From Pholidichthys leucotaenia (taxonomy: Eukaryota): 64,000 nucleotides of DNA. The stretch is from positions 157,123,922 through 157,187,921 of the forward strand of contig CM035843.1 of assembly GCA_020510985.1 (NCBI GenBank), written 5' to 3'. The position numbers were made by a program, and so were the translations under genes. The notes below the pieces were generated by a model. It was given only the letters and a program-made list of their open reading frames with translations. It did no database searches and was not told where the DNA came from. Shown piece after piece: positions 38,369-49,285 of the stretch. Position 1 is the stretch's first letter. Each line of letters opens with the position of its first letter.

Positions 38369-38880
38369 CACCCATCTTATTTGGCACGCTGTGCTCCGGC
38401 ATTAGCCCCGGGTTACAGGTAATACATAGCCTGCTCACCAGCCCTGAAAGATTAGTTTACTGTTTTCCTTTATTTCAGACAGGGATGAGAAGGAGATGTT
38501 TATTTTAGCTTGACATGTTTTGACTGATGTCTGCAGTCATCCTCAGAAGCGTCAGCTGATCACTGTGATTTGTGACCAGCCGGGTGGTGATTAGCTGTTG
38601 AAATAAAGGAACCAACAGTCATGAAAAAGACGATACAAACCTATTTAGTAGGTAGCCACGGTCACCTGTCAGTTAAAAGCAGATCATATTAGACTTGACA
38701 AGTACATATTTTATGTCCAAAATGCAAATCTCATCCTTTATAATTATATACAACTTACATGGATTACACACTAAATGCACTAATTATACACTAAAGAATG
38801 AAGTTGCACCGGGGGACACGGTGAGGCTGTTGCATTTCAAACTTTATGCATGTGTTTATTGACATAACTACTGTACACAC
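38369..38880 (-). repeat. Repeat R, distal copy, main segment
   Basis: Reverse complement of 13-about 480 at about 90-98% identity. Confidence 0.75.
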
Positions 38881-39379
38881 GGAGACAGTTGGGGGCGTGG
38901 TAGAATGCTGTGAAACTGTTGCTTAATCAGCAAAAAAAGGAAGTCATTTACTCAAACCACTGACTTATAATGAAGCCTTGAAGACAGGGTGATATTTGGG
39001 GGCGCACAGGCACATTGCGCATGAGGTAGGTTATTATTAGGACAATTACATGAATTTACTCACCAAGAAGCCACCCATCCACACAGTGCCAGCTTGTAGT
39101 TTGTTCCCAACAATGCTGTTCATCAGAATCATTGGGAAAACCGGCTCTCGCTGCAAATTGTGCTTTGATGTTGGCCTGTTCAACTGCATTGTATTCGAAT
39201 ATGATGTACCTGGGTGACAGTCGGATAATGCCATCCCACACAGCTAGCATAGCTCAGCTCAGGATTGACTGGGAAATTCTTGATTGGTCTGCCAGCTCCC
39301 TCTGGCATGCCCCTGTTACCAGGAACCCCGTTATTGTCAGCACCTGCACTGCGACAGGCAGCACTCGGCTTCTCACCAT

Positions 39380-39660
39380 GTCAATCAATCAATCAATCAA
39401 TGCATCAGATTTATATAGCGCTTTATCATAGACACTCAAAGACGCTTTACAGAAATTAAGGGTCATCCACCACCTGGATGGATGAAGCAGCCACAATACG
39501 GCGCCATCCCTTTTTAACCATTTTTAACCATTCACACACATTCACACCATTCACACACATTCACGCTCCAAGAGCGGCCGTAGCTCTGAGAACAGCTCCA
39601 CAAGGACTGCCCATGGAAACCTAAACCACCTGACAAGCCAGTCATCATCCTGAGCCAGAA
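39380..39660 (-). mobile_element. SINE-like or LINE-tail element with (ttga)n tail
   Basis: 'caatcaatcaatcaatcaatgcatcagatttatatagcgctttatcatagacactcaaagacgctttacag' is the reverse complement of the common teleost L2-type 3' tail 'gcgctatataaa..(ttga)n'. Confidence 0.45.
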
Positions 39661-40140
39661 AATCTTCTGTCTTTAAATACCCTTTCTCTTCTCATTGCGC
39701 GATTTGCAATATCGTCTAATAATGCTAATGTGGGCGACACACATTGTGGGCTCACGTTTCCACAGAGACAGGACTGCATGTGTATTGAGGGTGTCACGTC
39801 TGCAAGGACAAAGAACTCGAATCCGCAGAAGATAACAAGGAGGTGTGAGATTTGTCTCTTTGTCCCACAGAAGATGCCCCGGAGAGATTTCCGGTTCATC
39901 AGGAAATGAGAGACAATGGTGAAGATTCAAAGGGATGCTTTGTGACTGTATGTTTACTGAAAACACCATGTGACTTGAATTCTGATGCTGGAAACATATA
40001 AAAGGGTGATGAGATATGATTCTTTCTCTTTCCTGCTTTGAGAATGCTAGAAGCTGTGTTCTGTCAATAAAGCTGGTTTACGACTAAACTCAGCCTCATC
40101 ATTTGAGCACATCTTCTACACTGGTGACCTACGACGAGAA

Positions 40141-40905
40141 ATGAGCAGACAGAATTCTCCCGAGCAGGGCTCGGCGGAAGCCAGCCTGATGGCCGCCTCC
40201 ACGATCCGGCTGCCTGATTTCTGGCAGCACAGCCCGCGCTCATGGTTTAGCGCAGTCGAGGCGCAGTTCAACCTCCGGAGAATCTCCAACGACGACACAA
40301 GATTCTACCATGTGGTAGCGAAGCTGGACAGCAACACGGTCTAGAGAGTGGAGGATCTGGTTAATCATCCACCAGACAGCGACAAGTACAGCGCATTGAA
40401 GGACGCGCTGATCAGCCATTTCACCCCTTCAGTCCAACAACGAGCAGAGGGACTCCTGACGTTGACGGAGTCAGAAAATGATAGACCTGCGGACCTGATG
40501 GTGAAGATGCTGAAGCTCAAAGACTCTGAAGATGGCGAATTCATTTTCGCCCACCTTTTCCTTCGTACCCTGCCGCCAGCAGTGAGAGTGGCCCTGGCAG
40601 AGTCGCCCCGATTGGCCAGGCGAGACTACCATGGGTTGAGCAAAGAGGCGCAGCGGTTGGTCGACGCCCACAAGCGGAACGCAGTTTCGGCCGCGGCGGC
40701 TAGCCCAGGAACGTCATCCGGAGACAGTGCAGGTCCAGCGGCCGCGGCGCCAGACGCACCAAGGACGGCGGCGACGGGAGCCAGACGACGCGGAGCGGAG
40801 GACGGCCCGTGCTTCTACCACCGCCGTTTTGCAGAGAGAGCGCACAGGTGCGTGTCACCGTGCAACTTTAAGCGCCAGGGAAACGCCAAGACCGAGGGCC
40901 GGTAG
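40141..40905 (+). pseudogene. gag of copy 2, interrupted by an in-frame stop and a frameshift before the protease
   Basis: 'LPDFWQHSPRSWFSAVEAQFNLRRI' then stop at 40345, then 'EDLVNHPPDSDKYSAL...CFYHRRFAERAHRCVSPC', then stop at 40903. Protease 'DTGSQ' lies in another frame. Confidence 0.75.
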
Positions 40906-40976
40906 CAGCTGCGACCCTCGGCAACGAGAACAGGCTGCTTTACCTGACGGATGCACGCTCGGGGAAACAGTTCCTC

Positions 40977-43900
40977 GTGGACACGGGCTCTCAGCTGAGT
41001 TTCGTCACACTCACCTACGCGGAATGGCTGATGCCTTCTAAAGCTCCCTGGGTGTCAGTGTCAGCAGCGAACGGCTCCACGATTAAAACGTTCGGTGAGA
41101 GGACCATGCTTCTGTCCTTACAGGGCCGTTCATTTGAGTGGACATTTATTGTAGCAGCAGTCAGTTTCAACATGTTAGGGGCTGATTTTTTGTGCTCACA
41201 TGGTTTATTGGTTGACCTTGCTAATAGACGTCTGATTAATGCACTGTCCTTTCATTCTATTCCCTGCACAGCTCGGGTGGCCCCGCCGACTGCACATGCC
41301 AGCGTCTCAGCTGCGGGTGGTAAGTTTCACACATTGCTTGCTCAGTTCCCAGCACTCACAGTCCCCACGTTTTCGGCAACGGTGGCTAAACATGGGGTGG
41401 AGCATTTCATAACAACCACCGGCCCCCCCGTTTTTGCAAAAGCTCGGCGCTTGGACCCAGCTAAACTGGCCATCGCGCGCGAGGAGTTCACTAATCTGGA
41501 AAAACTGGGCATTGTTAGACGCTCCAAGAGCTCTTGGGCTTCGCCGTTACACATGGTCCCAAAGGCTGACGGCTCGTGGCGACCTTGCGGCGATTTCCGC
41601 AGGTTGAACAACGTTTCAGCTCATGACCGCTACCCGATTCCGCACATTCAGGATTTTTCTGTTCATTTGGCGGGGGCGCGCATTTTTTCTAAAATAGACT
41701 TGGTGCGCGGTTACCACCAGGTTCCAGTGCGCGCGCAAGATGTACCCAAAACAGCGGTCATAACTCCTTTCGGCCTTTTTGAGTTTTTGCGCATGCCTTT
41801 TGGCCTCAAGGGGGCCGCGCAGACTTTCCAACGCATGATGGATGCAGTTTTACGCGATCTTCCTTTCGTGTTCGTTTATTTGGACGATATTTTGGTAGCC
41901 AGCACGTCTGAGGCCGAGCACGAAAAGCACCTCACAGCAGTTTTTCGGAGGCTGGCAGAGCACGGGTTAATAGTTAACCCAGCGAAGTGCCAGTTTGGGG
42001 TGGCGCAGATTGATTTTTTGGGACATCGCGTTTCGGCAGAAGGAGCGGTTCCTCTTCCAAATAAAGTGCGTGCCATAACGGATTTTCCGCAACCTCAAAC
42101 GGTCAAGGCGCTGCGGGAGTTTCTAGGGATGGTTAATTTTTACAACCGGTTCCTCCCAAGTGCAGCACGGCTCATGCAGCCATTGTACACCGCGTTAAAA
42201 AAACAAAAGCCCGCAAATAAAGTTGAATGGTCTCCGGAGCGGGAGCGCGCTTTTGCCCAGGTCAAATCGGCCCTGGCAAACGCAGTTTTGTTAGCGCACC
42301 CAGTTCCAACGGCCCGCATGGCGCTCACCACTGACGCTTCCGATGTAGCGGTGGGGGCGGTAGTTGAACAGTTTGTGGCAGGTACCTGGCAACTCCTCGC
42401 GTTTTTCAGCAGGACTTTGCGCGATAGTGAGCGTAAATACAGTGCGTTTGACAGGGAGCTTTTGGCCCTACACTTGGCCATCCGTCATTTTCAGTTCTGG
42501 TTAGAGGGGCGACGTTTCACCGCGTTTGTGGATCATAAACCGCTAACTTTTGCGATGGCCAAAATTTCAGAACCCTGGTCAGGCCGACAACAAAGGCAAC
42601 TAGCCGCAATATTGGAGTTCACTACTGATATTCAGCATGTCGCGGGTAAACACAATGTTGTAGCAGACTGCCTCTCGCGCGCGGTAGCACCACCAACCCC
42701 CGTAGGGGCAGACTCTGTAGCCGTGGCTGCGGGCCCGGGCAGCGACGCGGGAGCGCGCGCAGCCCCGGTCTGTGTTGGGTTAGATTATGCAGCCATGGCT
42801 GCGGAGCAGGTTAACGACGCGGACGTGCGCGCGCTCCAGTCTGGACCAACAGGGTTAAGGCTGGAGCACAGGGAGCAACAAAGTGGTATGCCCCCACTAA
42901 TCTGCGATGTCTCCATGGGACGGCCCCGCCCCGTGGTGCCAGCCGCGTGGCGTCGCCGCGTTTTTGACTTGGTCCATTCTCTCGCGCACCCGGGGGTGCG
43001 CGCATCGATTAAGTTGGTGGGGGAGAAATTTGTTTGGCCCAGGTTGCGCAAACAGGTCAAGGAATGGGCGGCAGCCTGCGTAGCGTGTCAGCGAGCCAAA
43101 ATACACAGACACACTAAGGCCCCGTTGGAACCTTTTCACATCCCCGCTAAGCGTTTTGATCACGTGCATGTTGACTTGGTGGGCCTGCTCCCATTATCAC
43201 ACGGGCACACACATCTTTTGACGATGGTGGATCGCACCACGCGTTGGCCAGAGGCGATTCCTCTGACATCAACCACAGCGGAAGAAGTTGCGCGAGCATT
43301 TTTAGCAGCATGGGTTGCGCGTTTCGGTGTACCGTCGGACATAATGTCCGACAGGGGTCCCCAATTTATTTCCGAACTATGGTCATCGATGGCCCGCAGC
43401 TTGGGGGTGAAGATTCATCGCACTACCGCGTATAACCCCCAGGCTAATGGTTTATGCGAACGCTTTCACAGGTCATTGAAAGCAGCCCTCAGAGCGTCGC
43501 TGACGGATACAAATTGGGTGGACAAACTTCCATGGGTTTTATTGGGGTTGCGTTCTGCACCTAAGGAAGATTTGCATGCTTCCCCGGCTGAATTAGTTTT
43601 TGCACAACCTGTCCGTTTGCCGGGGGAATTTCTCCCCGATAATCCCGCACCAAATGGCCCCCCCGCTCAGCCGTGGCAGAGCGACTCGGGAGCAAACACG
43701 CTCCCTGGCCCGGTCCATCACAGTTTACCACACGTTTTTGTGCCAAAGGCTTTAAAAAATGCGGAGTTTATTTTTGTTAAACATGATGCTCAGCGTCCAA
43801 GTTTGCGACCGTTTTATGACGGACCGTTCCGAGTGCTGGAGACCGGGCAGAAGCATTTTCTGCTAGATTTAGGGGGCAGAAGGGAGTTGATTTGCATAAA

Positions 43901-44114
43901 CAGGCTCAAACCCGCCTTTGTTTTGGCTGACGAGGAAGTGCAGCTCGCGAGGCCCCCCCGCCGTGGCAGGCCGCCGAGAAGACATTCTCCAAAATCTTCA
44001 CAGAAAGGTGCTAACAGCTTTAATCCACAGGCGCATAGAGATGTTGCAGGTGCAGCCAAGCCAGGCTGCAGCAGATTCGGCAGAAAGTTAAAACCTAGGC
44101 AGTTGGTGGATTGA
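40977..44114 (+). CDS. pol polyprotein of copy 2 (protease, RT, RNase H, integrase), 1045 aa, uninterrupted
   Basis: Protease 'MDTGSQLSF'. RT 'PFVFVYLDDILVAS'. RNase H 'TTDASDVAVGAVVEQ'. Integrase 'HSLAHPG...CVACQRAK...DLVGLLP...DRGPQFISELW...AYNPQANGLCERFH'. Confidence 0.85.
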   Translation: MDTGSQLSFVTLTYAEWLMPSKAPWVSVSAANGSTIKTFGERTMLLSLQGRSFEWTFIVAAVSFNMLGADFLCSHGLLVDLANRRLINALSFHSIPCTARVAPPTAHASVSAAGGKFHTLLAQFPALTVPTFSATVAKHGVEHFITTTGPPVFAKARRLDPAKLAIAREEFTNLEKLGIVRRSKSSWASPLHMVPKADGSWRPCGDFRRLNNVSAHDRYPIPHIQDFSVHLAGARIFSKIDLVRGYHQVPVRAQDVPKTAVITPFGLFEFLRMPFGLKGAAQTFQRMMDAVLRDLPFVFVYLDDILVASTSEAEHEKHLTAVFRRLAEHGLIVNPAKCQFGVAQIDFLGHRVSAEGAVPLPNKVRAITDFPQPQTVKALREFLGMVNFYNRFLPSAARLMQPLYTALKKQKPANKVEWSPERERAFAQVKSALANAVLLAHPVPTARMALTTDASDVAVGAVVEQFVAGTWQLLAFFSRTLRDSERKYSAFDRELLALHLAIRHFQFWLEGRRFTAFVDHKPLTFAMAKISEPWSGRQQRQLAAILEFTTDIQHVAGKHNVVADCLSRAVAPPTPVGADSVAVAAGPGSDAGARAAPVCVGLDYAAMAAEQVNDADVRALQSGPTGLRLEHREQQSGMPPLICDVSMGRPRPVVPAAWRRRVFDLVHSLAHPGVRASIKLVGEKFVWPRLRKQVKEWAAACVACQRAKIHRHTKAPLEPFHIPAKRFDHVHVDLVGLLPLSHGHTHLLTMVDRTTRWPEAIPLTSTTAEEVARAFLAAWVARFGVPSDIMSDRGPQFISELWSSMARSLGVKIHRTTAYNPQANGLCERFHRSLKAALRASLTDTNWVDKLPWVLLGLRSAPKEDLHASPAELVFAQPVRLPGEFLPDNPAPNGPPAQPWQSDSGANTLPGPVHHSLPHVFVPKALKNAEFIFVKHDAQRPSLRPFYDGPFRVLETGQKHFLLDLGGRRELICINRLKPAFVLADEEVQLARPPRRGRPPRRHSPKSSQKGANSFNPQAHRDVAGAAKPGCSRFGRKLKPRQLVD

Positions 44115-44896
44115 TTAGCGATGTATGGAGTGTTTTGTGTTTTTCTTTTTTCTATGCCGTGCAGGTCTTGCCCTTACTAGACGTTTGGGGGGGGGTAGTG
44201 TGGGCGACACACATTGTGGGCTCACGTTTCCACAGAGACGGGACTGCATGTGTATTGAGGGTGTCACGTCTGCAAGGACAAAGAACTCGAATCCGCAGAA
44301 GATAACAAGGAGGTGTGAGATTTGTCTCTTTGTCCCACAGAAGATGCCCCGGAGAGATTTCCGGTTCATCAGGAAATGAGAGACAATGGTGAAGATTCAA
44401 AGGGATGCTTTGTGACTGTATGTTTACTGAAAACACCATGTGACTTGAATTCTGATGCTGGAAACATATAAAAGGGTGATGAGATATGATTCTTTCTCTT
44501 TCCTGCTTTGAGAATGCTAGAAGCTGTGTTCTGTCAATAAAGCTGGTTTACGACTAAACTCAGCCTCATCATTTGAGCACATCTTCTACACTAACGCCAT
44601 TATTATTATTAGAGACATTTTCTGCACTTCTTTGCACTTGCTTTTATAGCCACTCATCTAATTGCACACACTTGGATGTTTGTTTATCATGTGTCTCTGG
44701 TTTGTGCAATCATTTTCATGTCATTATCAGTCTCCCAACATCACCTCTAAGTGTCGTCAGTGGACCAATAACAGTAGAAACGTACGTACACCAGCCATGA
44801 AGTTGACGTGCAGCTGCGCATATTTCCATGGTCATTTCATTCTTGACACATCTGAAATTTTCCGTGGAAAAGGACATATGCCATATTTTTGTGCGT

Positions 44897-44925
44897 AAGT
44901 ACTCTTTGTACATGAGGCCCCTGGT
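44897..44925 (+). repeat. Third copy of the terminus motif 'ctttgtacatgaggcccctgg'
   Basis: Exact 21-mer shared with 1168-1188 and the reverse complement of 23165-23190. Confidence 0.5.
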
Positions 44926-44934
44926 CTGAGTGCA

Positions 44935-47432
44935 GGTTGGTCACTATCAGAATCAATGAATACTCTAAAAATGATCTGGCAAAACAGAATTGGGAAGAAC
45001 TATATAATGAAGAAGACACAAACAAAGCATATGAAATATTTTTATGAATATTTAAATTTTTGTGTGATTAAAAAAAATGTCTAATTATATAAAAAAAATC
45101 AATAAGCAAAAACATTCAGACAGTCCATGGGTACCTAAAGGATTAAAAAATGCCTGCAAAAAGAAAAATACGTTGCATAGAGAATTCATAAGACATAGAA
45201 CTAAGGAAGTAGAAAATAGATATAAAAATAAGTTAACCAATATTATGAAAATAAGTAAAAAGGAATACTATAGTAAATTAATAGATAATAAAAATAATAT
45301 TAAAGGTTTATGGAATGTGTTAAAGTAATTCCAAATGGAGACAGACAAGATAATTATCCTTAATTATTATATAGATAATTATATAAATATTAATAGTATA
45401 AATGATGCAGTAAATAGATTCAATGAATTCTTTGTAAATATTTGACCAAAATTAGCAGAAAGATTCCCTGATCCATTCATATCTGAAAAGGGGAAAAGTA
45501 AATTAATCGAAAGAAATCCAAATTCAGTATTTTTTACAGCAGTGGAAGAGAGGGAAATCATTGAGATTGTACATAAATTCAGAAATAAAGTTTCAACTGA
45601 CTGTGATGACATTGACATGGTAACTGTTAAAAAAAAGTTATTGAGGAGATTGCTAAACCACTGAAACACATTTGCAGTTTACTATTTTCAAACTGGTACA
45701 ATTCCAAGTAAAATGAAAATAGCTGAATGAAAAGTCATACCTCTATACAAAACTGGAAACAAACACCACTTCACAAACTACAGGCCCGTTTCTCTTCTGC
45801 CCCAATTTTCAAAAATACTGGAAAAACTCTTTAATGTCAGATTAGACAAGTTTGTAGCTAAATACAGTTTACTTACAGACTGTCAGTATGGATTTAGAAC
45901 CAACCACTCTACAAGAAATTATTAATTCTATGGACAGAAAGAAATTTGCAGTGGGAGTGTTTGATTTGAAAAAAAAAGCATTTGATACATTAAATCATGA
46001 AATACTGATTAATAAATTGGAACGATATGGACTCAGGGGAGTGGTATTGAATTCAGTCAGAACCTATTTTAAAAAAAACAGGCAATAATTTGTGAAGATG
46101 GGACAATATAAATCTGAGAGTTTGGACATTGTTTGTGGTGCCCTCCAGTGGTCAGTGTTGGGACCTAAACTTTTTATTTTATGTATCAATGATATTTGCA
46201 ATATTTCTGAACTGTTGAAGATTGTGATATTTGCAGATGACACAACTGTTCTGGGTACTGGTGAGGATCTACAGCAACTTTTGAATATAATCACTACCAA
46301 ATTCAGTAAAATAAAAGAATGGTTAAATAAAAATAAATTATCATTAAATTGAGCAAAACAAAGTTCATGTTATTTGGAAATAGTAAGGCAAATATTCAAG
46401 CAAAAATACAGATGGATGACATCAACGCTGAAAGAGTTCAAGACAATAAATTTCTAGGTGTGATTATAGATGAAAAAATTTGCTGGAAACCTCACAATAA
46501 ATACGTACAAGCTAAACTGTCCAGAAGTATTTCGGTCATGAGCAGAACAAAGCACATACCGGATCAGAAATCACTCCATACTTTGTATTGTTCACTTGTT
46601 TTACCATATTTAAATTGTTGTTCAGAAGTTTGGGGAAATGCATATAAAAGTTCATTACAGCCGCTTGTTATTTTACAAAAAAAGAGCAATAAGAATCATT
46701 CATGGTGCCGGTTTTCCTGATCACACAAATTATTTATTTTTACAGTCTAAAAGTTTGAAATTCTTTGATCTGGTGGAATATAAAACTGCCATAATAATGT
46801 ACAAAATAAGGAAGAATTCATAGCCAGTTAACATCCAAAACATGTTTGTTGAAAGACAAAAGGGATATCATTTAAGGGGGGAGTTGCTTCTAAAGACAGT
46901 GGGTGTACGAACAACTAGGAGAAGCTTTTGTGTTTCGATCTGTGGGGTTAAATTATGGAATTGATTAAATATGGAGTTAAAACGATGTCCAAACATTCTG
47001 AGTTTAAAAAAAAAAGTATAAAAATGAGAAATTAAATACAGGGAGGAAGATGGTTCAGTTAATCATTAGGGTTGGTTGGGTGAAAGTCTGTGAGAGTCAC
47101 TAGTGGATTGTTGATCAGTAGAAAGTTGTTTACTTGTTTCATTTTTGAATTTCTATATTTTAATAAGTAATAAGCTCTTGGAATGCATGTAGAGATTTGT
47201 TTATTCACATTCTTGCTCATTAAGTTTTCATTTGTTGTTATTGCTATGTATGTACAGTATGTGAATATGAGCAAGCAGGTATATTAATTAGTTAAGTATG
47301 GGACAGGACAAGATAAGCTTTTGGCTTCAGTCTTGTTCCTTTTCGGGCTGCATTTGGATTTTTTATTTTTATTCTTGTTTTTGTTTTGTCTCATTTGAAA
47401 TAAATGGTATCTATCAATCAATCAGTCAATGG
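44935..47432 (+). mobile_element. CR1/Rex-like LINE, 5'-truncated and decayed
   Basis: Pre-RT segment 45077-45328 is homologous to 17400-17665. RT 'FAVGVFDLKKKAFDTLNHEILINKLERYGL', '[18 protein letters not shown]', 'IFADDTTVLG'. C-terminal 'IIDEKICWKPH...LYCSLVLPYLNCCSEVWG'. (tcaa)n tail at about 47410-47432. Confidence 0.75.
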
Positions 47433-49285
47433 TTGCATAAGTCTGTATACCTTAAAACTGCTGCTTTGTCAAAGTGCTTTTTGATTTAATTACAGCCCTC
47501 AGTCTTTTTGTTTGGCACTATTAATTCCATTGTCTCACCTGATTTAGCCATGGTTCCTGCTTATTCTAATGCTGAATGTAATGACTTTGCAAATTTTATG
47601 GTGAATAAGGTGAATGATTTTAGAGCAAGAACTCCACCATCTGCTGAGGACTTTGGCCTGAATCAGGTCCCCTCTAACACGTGGTCCTTTTTCACTCCAG
47701 TCACGCTACTGGATGTAAATGGTCTTCTGGCCTCTATGAAGCCCTCTTCAAGCCCCTTAGGTATCTTCCCAATGTCACTGCTTTTCAAATTGATTCTATT
47801 GGGTCTTTAATTGTCGAAATCAATAAATTGGTCACTTTTATCAGGCACTGTTCCCAGTTCCTTTAAACAAGCAGTGGTTGAACCCAAATTAAAGAAACAA
47901 AACTTAGACCCTACAGAACTGAACAATTACAGGCCCATTTCAAAGCTCCCCTTCCTATCCAAAATGCTTGAGAAAGTAGTAGCCGAGCAGTTAACTACAT
48001 TCATAGAGAGAAATCAAATCTTAGATACCTTCCAGTCTGGTTTCCGCAAAATGCACTCCATCGAGACAGCGCTAATTAAAGTCTCGAGTGACATCATGAT
48101 GGCAGCAGATTCTGGTCAGTACTCGGTCCTGGTGTTGTTGGATCTCACCGCTGCTTTTGACATGGTGGACCACAATATAGTGATAAATAGGATGAAGGAC
48201 ACGTTTGGTATTTCTGGATTAGTTCTGAAATGGTTTTTATCTTATTTAACTGACAGAGGGTTTTGTGTTTTGCTCAACGAGAAGATGTCAGAGGTTAAAG
48301 GACTTTTCCTGTGGGGTTCCTCAAGGCTCAATTCTGGGCCCTATTCTGTTTTTATTGTATTTAACCCCACTTGGCCAGTCAGTCAGTTTAAGGGTGTCTC
48401 TTACCATTTTTATGCAGAGGACATTCAGCTTTCCTGCTCTTTTAAAGAAAATGAGCTGAACATTTTATCAAACTTAATCTCTTGCCTGTCTGCTATTAAC
48501 AAATGGTTAAACAGTAACTTCCTACAATTAAATCTTAACAAGACAGAAACACTGATCATCACTCCAGACAGTAAAATTCCTCTGCTAAGGCAACACTTAG
48601 GTCACCTAGGCTCTTCTGTCCAGCCCAGCCTACATAACTTAGGTGTTGTTTTTGACAATGCTGTGTCACTGGACTGCTGTGGTTGGCAATTAGTCAGAAA
48701 TTGCTTTTCTCATCTGAGGAATATAGCAAAACTTAGGCCTATGGTCTTAACACCTGAACTGGAAATGATCATTCATGCTTTTGTCTTGTCTTGCTTAAAT
48801 TATTGTAATGCCCTTTTTATGTGTTTTAATAAAACTGCTGTTGCCTGCCTTCAGACTGTGCAAAATGCAGCAGCTCGGCTTTTAACCCGGACAAAGAAAA
48901 GGGAACACATTTCCCCAGTTTTATTGTCCCTTCACTGGCTGCCAGTTCCTTTTAGATTTCATTTTAAGATACATCTCAGCCCTCTTGAATCCTTATGCAA
49001 CAACGCGATCACCAAGATCCTCAGACCAGAGACTCCTGGTGGTCCCTCGGACCAAATTTAAAAACCATGGAAATCGGTCTTTCCAGGCCGCTGCACCACA
49101 GCTTTGGAACGCACTTCCCCTGTCCTTGCACTACCTTGAGTCTGTTGACTCCTTTAGGAAGGAGTTTAAAAACTCATTTGTTTAGACAGGCTTTTAGCTC
49201 TCGTTGAATGGCTTTTATTCTTTCACTGTTTTCTCTTTTTTTATTCCTATTCATATGAATATTTTATCTTGAATGAATGAATGAA
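47433..49285 (+). mobile_element. L2-clade LINE, 5'-truncated (RT and 3' end)
   Basis: ORF 47811-49061 'NYRPISKLPFLSKMLEKVVAEQL...FQSGFRKMHSIETAL...VLVLLDLTAAFDMVDHNIVI' is collinear with the L2 ORF2 at 19290-22469. 3'UTR ends in (gaat)n at 49265-49285. Confidence 0.75.

Larger units (their letters stand above)
39729..44590 (+). mobile_element. LTR retrotransposon copy 2 (same family as copy 1, different LTR subfamily), 4862 bp
   Basis: 392-bp LTRs 39729-40120 and 44199-44590, about 99% identical (1-2 differences seen). Target-site duplication 'ctaa' (39725-39728 and 44591-44594). Primer-binding site 'tggtgacctacgacgag' at 40122. Poly-G polypurine tract at 44187-44195. Confidence 0.85.
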
